A stretch of 64,000 bases of DNA from Azolla caroliniana (Eukaryota; Plantae; Polypodiophyta), in NCBI GenBank assembly GCA_043228905.1, contig JBHGNT010000020.1, forward strand, positions 1,550,001 to 1,614,000, in the 5' to 3' direction. The notes beneath the pieces are model-generated. The model was not told the DNA's origin, did not search any database, and saw only the letters and a program-made list of their open reading frames with translations. Shown piece by piece: positions 10,871-19,029 of the stretch (positions are counted from its first letter, which is position 1; each line of letters begins with the position of its first letter). The translations under genes and the position numbers were made by a program.

Positions 10871-13800
10871 ATGCTCGAAAAAGGCGCCAAAACGCACAAA
10901 GAAGAAGCAGAACGCATGGAGACCTTTTCATTTCGCGAGCCAAGAAGCAGCCGAGACGAAGATGACGATCGTTGGCAAAGAGGGAACCGGTACCCACCGG
11001 CACAAGATGTCTGGTACGGAGACAGGCAAGAGAATGATGGCCGGTACGGGAATCGGCGTGATAGCTACGACCGGTATGAGCGATCGGACCGTTATCGAGA
11101 GCCCAACAGGCGACACGAGCAATACGACAGAGACCATTCCCCTGGTTACCGAAGGCACCAGGAGGACTACGGCCGATGTTACGATCCACCACGGCCGGAC
11201 TACCGAAATAAACATAAGAATAATAAGAAACGTAACTTCAAGAAAGGTGGTCACCCTAGGGACCCGGAACATGGAATCCCAAGGAGCCAACCGGCACATA
11301 ACGCACCACTCGCTACGGGACCAACTCCGGCAACCAGCAATGCTGAATCCAGCAATACCCGTAAAGAGTACTGCTACTACTGCAGGCAGGAAGGCCACTA
11401 CAGTAACCAGTGCCCGGTAAAGAGCTACGAGAAACGACCAGCAGTTAATATGGTGGTTCCGGAAGTGACGGATGTACAGCAAGTAACCACACGGTCGAAA
11501 GGCATGGCCAAAGAGTGGGAAACACAAGAGGCCATACGAAAACAGGCGACGGAATGGGTGAAGGAAGCCAATGAAAAGAACGTCGCTGACGCGGAACGGC
11601 AAAAGGCAAATAGCATAGGGAGTGCCGGCGGTAGCCACCCAGAAAACGAGACATGGCAAGCACTGCAAGAATGTCAGATCACGTTGCCGTTAGGAAGACT
11701 CTTGCAGCTCGTGCCGCGATTTACGGAAGGGCTAAAAACGGGCATGACAGACTGCATAGCCCCACCGGCACCAGTCCTCTTCTCAAACCCGGAGGAGGGA
11801 CCGACGGTAGTGGACACTAGCAGTCCGGTGATTACAGCTATTGTCAAAGGGCACGAACTTCCCGGCACCGTAATCGATGGAGGTTCCGGGGTGAACGTAA
11901 TAAGCCTCCGTACGTGTGATGCCTTGGGTATACATGAATGGGAGCCATGCCCGTTCTGGCTACGGATGGCGGATACGAGCTCGGTACGGCCGACGGGCTT
12001 AATACGGAAATTGGAAGTCACCATAGGAGGCCACACATTTCACATCTCGGCTGTCGTGCTGCAGCTACAGGCGCAAGGCGCGTACCCACTATTGCTGGGC
12101 AGACCATGGTTGAAAACAGCACACATCAAGCAAAATTGGCGAAAAAATATGATTACCTTCCGGCGCGGAAAAGCCAAGGTCCGGGTACCGACACAACCAC
12201 GGACGAGCAACGGTAAGGAATGCACACCGCTGTATGCGGAATGTGTGAACATGCTTGAAGGATTGGCAGACGACGAAGAAGCCCAGTACTTGGAGGAACA
12301 TCCGAAGATCGTACCACTCTTCGAGATTGACGTAGCTGAAGCCGTAGCCGCATACTTGCCGCAGCGGGACGACACCGAAGAAGCGATCCGCGCGCTAACA
12401 GGCCTTCCGGAGGGAGGAATCTTTCAGATCGATAACCCAAACTCGGAGCAACTCACCCGATATTTCGGTGAGTACTCTGTTGCCGGCAAAGGCTATCGGA
12501 CGCAGGGCGGCGAAGATCCGCTATTCAGGGAGATAGCTCGAGTGCTCCATGAGTACGGTCACGTGTACCCCCGACCCCCTGTCATGCCAAAAAATCGGGC
12601 AGGGATGATCATAGCCACCTATGAAGGGATTAAGGTGGATTGGCCGGTGTTGATTGCAGACGGGTTGTGCATGGCAATCGACATGATACGAGGGAAGGAC
12701 GGCAAGGAGGGCCGGAAGCTGTGGCACGCCGTAGCTCAATGGATAACATTGCTCGTGCCGCCGGTCGAGACCGTCCAGCCAAAGAAGCGGCCAAGAGTAT
12801 CGGAAGGAAGCACCTCGAAGCCAGCGTCCAAACGGCAGCAGCTGCTGGCGTCAAAGGCGACGAGAGGGAAGAAACGGGTCCAAGAACAGGAGGAGGTGTC
12901 ACCAGTCCCACCCGTCAAGATAACCATACGGAGACCGGGACAGAAGGAACCGGAACCCTTGACGGCACAGAAACATGCCGTGACACAGGAAGAGGAAACG
13001 GAGGAGCCAGAAGAGCACCTCCAACGACGGTCAAGAAGTAGGACCGCCGAGACAGGAGGGGAGCGGTCGTACCCGCGAGAGGCAGAAACGCCCCCAACTC
13101 AACCTGAGCAAACCACAAGGGAAGAACCGGAACCGGTGCGTAGGGAACCGGTCTTGTCGACTTCTATAGAAGTCAGTCCAACGGCTCCGGAGACGGCGAA
13201 AACCGGATCTCAACAGCCGGCGAGCCCAGTCAGAGCACACGGCGGCCAAGGAGTAGAACCTGAACGGCATATGCAGGCACTCAGGCCAGACAAGTCCACA
13301 GGGAATGAGCCGACCCGGCCAGTACAACAACAAGGCACCAGTAGCATGTGGCTACGATGGGTAGGCGAGCAAATCGCCGGAGTGGTGGAGTATATAGAGG
13401 CGGAAGAGAGAACGCACCAGGAACGGTTGCTCGTCACAACCGTAGATCTAGAGACGGCCCGGTCCAGAATCCGGAGCCTTGAACAAGACTTGGACAGGGT
13501 CACAAGGGAAACACAAGTCCAAGCACCGGTGACTCCGGGCAATGTACAGAATAAAGTATCAAATCAACCTGTACATAGCAATCAGACCCCGGCAACGGAA
13601 ACCGTTCCGGAGAGAAATGCGGCACAAGCCCAAGAGCTTGCGGATTTAAAGGATGAGCTAGCTGCCCAAGAAGCGCTGAGGAGCCGCGAAAGAGAATTGA
13701 AGACGGCAGCGGAGGCAGAACTCAAAAAGACTGCTGAGAATCTACGCCGGGCCGAGGAGAGCTTACGGAAAGGCCACCAAGCATACGACCGGCTCAAGGA

Positions 13801-14884
13801 GGAAAAGGAGAAAATGCTGCAAGAGAAGGACAAGCTCCGGAGGAACGCCGAAACAGAAGTAGAGCGCCTGAAAGAGGAACTCCGGCAGGTAAAGGACCGG
13901 GAGGACCGGAACCATCGCCAAATCAACGGCAAGCTCAAACAAAAAACGGAGGAATTTGAGCAATTGCACCGGGAGTATAAACGGTTGCAAACGGAGCACA
14001 AGGAACGGACGGATGAGCTCCGGCAAGCCGTTGATCGGACCGCAACCGCATTCGCCAAGGAACAAGCGGAAAACAAAAGACGGTTGGAAGAGGAGGAGAA
14101 GGTTCGGACAGAGCTCCTCAGGCAACAGCAGGCGGAAAAAGAAAGAGCGGCGGAGGTACTGCAGAGGCTGCAAACGACATATCAAGGGCAGCTGACGCGC
14201 TACAGAGAGCAGGCGGAGGATACGGCAAATCTCATCAAGCAGTTGAAGGAGGAGCGACAAGTGGTGGAAAGCAGAGCACAAATGGGAGCAAGTCGCATCC
14301 AAGATATAATGCGGGCCTGGTTGAACCAGACCAAGAGCTTGATTGACAACGGTTCCGTCAAATGGTGGACCAAGTGGGCCACGAACGCGGCGGAACTCCA
14401 ATTGCTCCGGGCTGACGTAGAGAACCGGCGGAAGGAGGGAGATGATTGCTATATGCTGAATTCTGAAGACTTCACCGGCATAAGAGATGAGCTGGCCGAA
14501 GACTTTCAAGCCTTGGCGGAGGACCAACTAGAGCAAGTCCGGCAACTTGTAGCTCAGCTGGATGACGACAGGCTGGAGGCGCAGATCCAGTTTGAAAGCT
14601 ACGAGAGGTCCCGGATCCGGGGAGAGAAAGAACGAGAACCAGTTACAGTTAACCTCAGTGATGAGGAACCGTTACTGGAAGGAGACCGTACCGGAAGCAG
14701 TCAAACGGAGATGCCGGAGCCAGAAAAACAAACGGAGCAGCAGCAGCAAGCAGAGCAGCCGGAGCAGCCTCAGTCCCAACCGCAACCACAGCAGCAGCAG
14801 CAAGCACAGCCGCAACAACCACAACCGGAAGAACAAGTGGAAATTCTTGAACAAAGTAATTTGGACAATTTGGGTGAACAATGA
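10871..14884 (+). CDS. ORF3: CCHC knuckle + retroviral-type aspartic protease fused to an accessory domain, long coiled coil and Q/P-rich tail (~1340 aa)
   Basis: First ATG at 10871 (next at 10916). Knuckle CYYCRQEGHYSNQC at 11372-11413. Protease motifs VIDGGSGVNVIS (Asp at 11876), LRMAD and LLLGRPWL. Then ALTGLPEGG...KVDWPVLI, followed by E/K/R/Q-rich heptads at ~13400-14600. Confidence 0.9.
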   Translation: MLEKGAKTHKEEAERMETFSFREPRSSRDEDDDRWQRGNRYPPAQDVWYGDRQENDGRYGNRRDSYDRYERSDRYREPNRRHEQYDRDHSPGYRRHQEDYGRCYDPPRPDYRNKHKNNKKRNFKKGGHPRDPEHGIPRSQPAHNAPLATGPTPATSNAESSNTRKEYCYYCRQEGHYSNQCPVKSYEKRPAVNMVVPEVTDVQQVTTRSKGMAKEWETQEAIRKQATEWVKEANEKNVADAERQKANSIGSAGGSHPENETWQALQECQITLPLGRLLQLVPRFTEGLKTGMTDCIAPPAPVLFSNPEEGPTVVDTSSPVITAIVKGHELPGTVIDGGSGVNVISLRTCDALGIHEWEPCPFWLRMADTSSVRPTGLIRKLEVTIGGHTFHISAVVLQLQAQGAYPLLLGRPWLKTAHIKQNWRKNMITFRRGKAKVRVPTQPRTSNGKECTPLYAECVNMLEGLADDEEAQYLEEHPKIVPLFEIDVAEAVAAYLPQRDDTEEAIRALTGLPEGGIFQIDNPNSEQLTRYFGEYSVAGKGYRTQGGEDPLFREIARVLHEYGHVYPRPPVMPKNRAGMIIATYEGIKVDWPVLIADGLCMAIDMIRGKDGKEGRKLWHAVAQWITLLVPPVETVQPKKRPRVSEGSTSKPASKRQQLLASKATRGKKRVQEQEEVSPVPPVKITIRRPGQKEPEPLTAQKHAVTQEEETEEPEEHLQRRSRSRTAETGGERSYPREAETPPTQPEQTTREEPEPVRREPVLSTSIEVSPTAPETAKTGSQQPASPVRAHGGQGVEPERHMQALRPDKSTGNEPTRPVQQQGTSSMWLRWVGEQIAGVVEYIEAEERTHQERLLVTTVDLETARSRIRSLEQDLDRVTRETQVQAPVTPGNVQNKVSNQPVHSNQTPATETVPERNAAQAQELADLKDELAAQEALRSRERELKTAAEAELKKTAENLRRAEESLRKGHQAYDRLKEEKEKMLQEKDKLRRNAETEVERLKEELRQVKDREDRNHRQINGKLKQKTEEFEQLHREYKRLQTEHKERTDELRQAVDRTATAFAKEQAENKRRLEEEEKVRTELLRQQQAEKERAAEVLQRLQTTYQGQLTRYREQAEDTANLIKQLKEERQVVESRAQMGASRIQDIMRAWLNQTKSLIDNGSVKWWTKWATNAAELQLLRADVENRRKEGDDCYMLNSEDFTGIRDELAEDFQALAEDQLEQVRQLVAQLDDDRLEAQIQFESYERSRIRGEKEREPVTVNLSDEEPLLEGDRTGSSQTEMPEPEKQTEQQQQAEQPEQPQSQPQPQQQQQAQPQQPQPEEQVEILEQSNLDNLGEQ

Positions 14885-14936
14885 AGGGGCCGAGAAGGGT
14901 TCGACGTACAAGGTACTGTCCCACGGGCGTGCCATG

Positions 14937-15356
14937 TGTTACCGGCCGGCAAGGAGTCCAAAATACGGAGTGAAGGAATTAATTAGATATGGTTGTAAAT
15001 GAGCATAGTGTGGACGGACGGACTGGAAACGGTATGCCGTTCCAGATCCGGACGGATCCCGAATAGGTGCGAGGGGCACCGTTTTGTACTACGGGCCGGA
15101 AACCTATTTAAAGGCCCGGACCCTATTGTAATGACAGCGGATAATTAATAGAGATTATGATGTTTATACTTCTGTCTTGATTTCCGTTCTGTAATCACTG
15201 TTATATCTTACGCGTGTAATTAACCAAAGCAATCTAATCGTGTAACCTACGTAAGTCGGTGTAATCGTTGAATCTTAATCCTATGCCGTAATCACCCTTT
15301 GGTGAAGTGTCTCCGTGACACCTTGTGTTAGGCCTTGTCCGGCTAAACGAATAACA
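14937..15356 (+). repeat. 3' LTR of inner element
   Basis: Copy of 6045-6464 followed by the GTTCC TSD. Confidence 0.97.
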
Positions 15357-15361
15357 GTTCC

Positions 15362-17148
15362 CAATCCGGTTCGGGGTGAAGGTATTGAGCGAGCGACAAC
15401 GAGGATACGCCCAAGTTAAGCGCGAGCTGTGGGGTATCATTTCGGCAGTCAAGGCCGACAAGGACTATCTGATCGGGATGGAAGTGATTATCAAGACAAC
15501 TGCCTACCAATTCTAGGTATGGTCTCCGGATGCGCAACTCCGAACTTAGCGATGCTTAGGCGGATCGCGTACATCAAGTCCCTGAACTCGGAGATACGAC
15601 ACATCTCCGGGAAGGATAATACCATGGCCAATATGCTTTCAAGGGCGTGGTTCAGTGATGAGGATGGCATGGTTTCGGATAACAAGGAAGTCGACGAGGA
15701 TTTCTTTGGGTAAGCCAATGTAACAACAAGAAAGGGGAGCACTCCGGCGCTTAATGAATTCGACGAGAGCAAGTACGACGAGGAGTGGCTCCAGATCGGC
15801 GGGTTCCTGAAGGCATTGACATCGGATGCGGCATGGACGAAGGAAGAGGCCAACCGGATTCGAAAGAAAGCGTACCGATTCTTTCTACGGGATGGGAGCA
15901 TATGGAAGCACCCGAAGAAGAGAGACGACATCCCGCTCTGAGTGGTGGCGAAGAAAGAGGAACAGGAAGAATTGCTGACGGCGTACCACGAGAGTCCCTA
16001 GGCCGGACACCGTGGGACATGGGCTACATTCGAAAAGCTAAAGGGGAAATATTGGTGGCCGGGATTATACCGGGACGTGCATAAGTTCGTGATGACTTGC
16101 GAAAGCTGTCAGGTGCACTCCATAGTCCGAAATCAGGACGAGCTCCACCCGACCTATCCCCCGACCGTCCACTTCAAGTGGATGGTGGATCTGGTGACGA
16201 TGACGATGGGGGTAGGGCAGATGCGGTATTTGGTGCTGGCTCGGGAGGACCTGACGAACCAGGTGGAGGGCCGAACGTTGCAGAGCAAAACGACCACGGC
16301 CGTGTGCCGATTTCTGATCGAAGAAGTGGTATGCCGGTACGGGTGTGTAGGTGAGATCGTGGCCGACCGCGGGGAATTGGACGCACAAGAGGCGGAAGAG
16401 TTGTTTGACCAGCTAGGAATTAAACTCTCGCTCACCACGACGTACAATCTGAAGGCTAACGGGAAGGTAGAGCGCGGACACGGGCCGATCGTCAAAGTGT
16501 TGGTACGTGTGGGGGCCAGGTCGGGAATTGGCCGCGGCTCTTACCCTAGGCGTTGTGGGCGGACCGAACTACGCACAGTTCGGTAACCGGGTTCATGCCG
16601 GTAGAGCTAATGTACGGGCAGAAGCCGATCATGCCAACGGAGCAGACAATCTCCTCATGGGCCATGGTGGACTGGAACAACGAGATGAGCTGGGAGGAGC
16701 TGTTAGCGGCACGGATCCGGCAGTTGGAACGAAGACCGAAGGACGTGGACCGAGCCGCGGAGAAGCTACAGGTGGCGAGGGTAAAGAACAAAGGACGGTT
16801 CGACCAGATTCACCGACCAGACCGAAGAAGATCGAGGAAGGTGACTAGGTTCTAGTGTACGACAGCAACCTCGACAACCAGCACCGGGCGACACAAAAGT
16901 TTGCAAGAAGGTGGTTTGGGCCTTATACGGTGACGAGTGCCAACGACAATGGGACCTACCATCTCGCAGAGCTCGACAGGACAAGGATGGCGGTACCGGT
17001 GGCGGGGAAGAGGATCAAAGCATTCAAAAAGCGGCACGAGGCTGAATCGGACCCGGACGACCTGGAAAGCGACAACGACCGGCTCGGAACGAATGCCGAT
17101 CTGGAAGACGAAGGAAGTGTGGGGCGGTCTTCTCCGACAAGAGTCTAA
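15362..17148 (+). pseudogene. Outer element RNase H (3' part) and integrase, pseudogenised
   Basis: YAQVKRELWG; KYWWPGLY...CESCQ; WMVDLV; IVADRGE; NGKVERGH; RRWFGPY; interrupted by stops and frameshifts. Confidence 0.9.
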
Positions 17149-17190
17149 TTTTGGCGCATACCGGTGGATGCGCGGTTAGGTGGGGGCGGA

Positions 17191-17848
17191 TGTCGTGGAG
17201 AAAACCGTCCCTAGGCGGAAACCGGGTATAACATGCGAAAACCGTCCCTTACACGTGGGCACATGTTTTGTTGTATAGTACGTAGGTAGGTACAAGTCGC
17301 TTGGGGCGAAATCCTAGGTAGTACACATTCGGTAGGGAGGAAATCGAGGCGTATCCCTGTCCGAAAGGACAGGGAATAAACATGATGTAACGAGTGGAAG
17401 CAGCCTCCCTCCTTGGGTTATAAAGGAGAGGGAGAAGTGAGAATAAGGGGGGATAGCGGTTTTTGGGAGCGAGGAGGAAGTGTTGTCGGACTGGGGACCG
17501 AGCCCTCTCCTCCATCGTGCGTCGTTCTCTGCAGGATTTTGGACTGAGTTGCCTCTGCTTCGTGGAAAACCCGTGTGCTTCCGGAAGAGGCTCCACAGTG
17601 TAGTTGGGCTGTGTGCGTGCGTGAGCATCGTGTGTGTGTGTGTGTCCACTTGATTTGGGTCCGTCGCCGTCTTGCCGGTTGTAATTGTTGTCGATTGTAT
17701 TTAAGACTTTGTTCTCCGTCTCTTTCCTCCTCTGTGTTTCTACAAGCTGCTCTCTCTCTCTCTCTCCCCCTTCTTTCTCATGCCCCTTGGTTCGAGGCCC
17801 TCGCGGTCCCGCCTCTTTCCCAAACGCGAAGAGTGTAACAACACGACA
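17191..17848 (+). repeat. 3' LTR of outer element
   Basis: Direct repeat of 1391-2045. Confidence 0.95.
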
Positions 17849-17865
17849 ACGACGACTGACAACGT

Positions 17866-18511
17866 TGTAGAGTTGTTACGCTCTTCGCGTGTGGAAAGAG
17901 GCGGGACCACAGGGGCCTTGAACCAAGGAGCATGGGAAAGAAGAGAGAGAGAGCAGCTTGCAGAAACACAGCGGGAAGAAGAGAGAGAGAACAAAGTCTT
18001 AATTACAAAATCAATAACGATTACAACCGGCAAGCCAGCAACGGACCCAACTCAGGCGAACGCACACACACACGATGCTCACGCACGCACACAACCTGAC
18101 TGAACTATGGAGCCTTTGCCGGAAGCACACGGGCTGTCCACAAAGCAGAGGCAACTCAGTCCGAAATATTGTAGAGAATGACGAACGATGGAGGAGAGAG
18201 CTCGGTCCCCGTCCCACAACACTTCGTCCTCGCTCCCCAAAACGCGATCCTTTCATCCGCCTTCTTCCTTCCCCTTTGTAGGCCGTTGAGGCCTGCCTTT
18301 GCACCCTCGTTTTCATCAATTTTATTCTCTGTCCTTTTGAACGGAGATACTCTTTGATTCCCAAGACATTCAATGCGTCACATCTAGTCTCTTTGCTCCC
18401 AACGTCCTACTCCTAGTTATTTACAAGGTATCAATTGGTGTGGAAAAGTGTAGGCCCGGTTCATGCGCCCTGCTTCGTCGATTCCGCTTCTGGCTGGTTT
18501 TCTTCACGACA
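17866..18511 (-). mobile_element. Solo LTR related to the outer element, inverted orientation
   Basis: Minus strand starts TGTCGTGAAGAAAACC and ends ...GTAACAACTCTACA; aligns to the outer LTR along its length, best in the 3' half. Flanked by ACGT on both sides (17862-17865, 18512-18515). Confidence 0.88.
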
Positions 18512-18815
18512 ACGTGCCGGGAATGGCAGAGTTGGCAATTCAGACCATTTCATCTGAACCCTCAGACCACACCATTGTGTCCGATGGTCGACATCACATA
18601 TTACACATCCCAACTCAGCCAAATTGTTGGGATTGTGGCTTTTACGTGATGAAGACTATCTAGATGTTGGTGGAAGAGTTCTTACGAGGATGGATATCTC
18701 CCACTTTTGTAAGTGTAATTGCAATGCCTTATTCATGTGGATTGTGTATAGATGTGTTCTTATACATATTTGGCGACAGGGCACAGAGATGTGGTTCACC
18801 AAATGCGAAGTTGTG
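18512..18815 (+). pseudogene. 3' part of the interrupted Ulp1/C48-like gene
   Basis: HIPTQPNCWDCGFYVMKTI matches the Ulp1 Q-x5-C catalytic motif. An in-frame TAG follows, then a possible intron and WFTKCEV. Confidence 0.65.
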
Positions 18816-18828
18816 TTGTTCATAAGTG

Positions 18829-18866
<38 letters not shown>

Positions 18867-19029
18867 TCTCACACACATACACACATATATCACATAATCT
18901 TCCGCTTATCAACTAATCACATAATTAGGTACTAATTAATCCTTGATTAATTACTTACCTAATTCTTAACAATAAGATAATAGTGCTAAAGACTGGCGTT
19001 GAACCAGAATGGGTAAACACCAAGCATAT

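Larger units (their letters stand above)
6045..15356 (+). mobile_element. Intact young Ty3/Gypsy LTR retrotransposon (non-chromovirus, Athila/Tat-like pol) with rearranged domain order
   Basis: 420-bp LTRs at 6045-6464 and 14937-15356 with no difference seen. 5-bp TSD GTTCC (6040-6044 and 15357-15361); removing the element restores the outer RH frame VRF|PIRFGVKVL. Three uninterrupted ORFs. Confidence 0.97.
1391..17848 (+). mobile_element. Degenerate full-length Ty3/Gypsy LTR retrotransposon (outer element), interrupted by a nested element
   Basis: LTRs TGTCG...CGACA at 1391-2045 and 17191-17848. PBS at 2050-2067; purine-rich GGTGGGGGCGGA before the 3' LTR. Gag-PR-RT-RH-INT remnants carry many stops and frameshifts. 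Flanks GCGG/ACGA are a probable degenerate 4-bp TSD. Confidence 0.95.

Noticed and set aside
13763-14527. 254-aa antisense ORF (and the 246-aa ORF at 10928-11668)
   Set aside because: Shadow ORFs of the biased ORF3 coding strand; no recognisable motifs.
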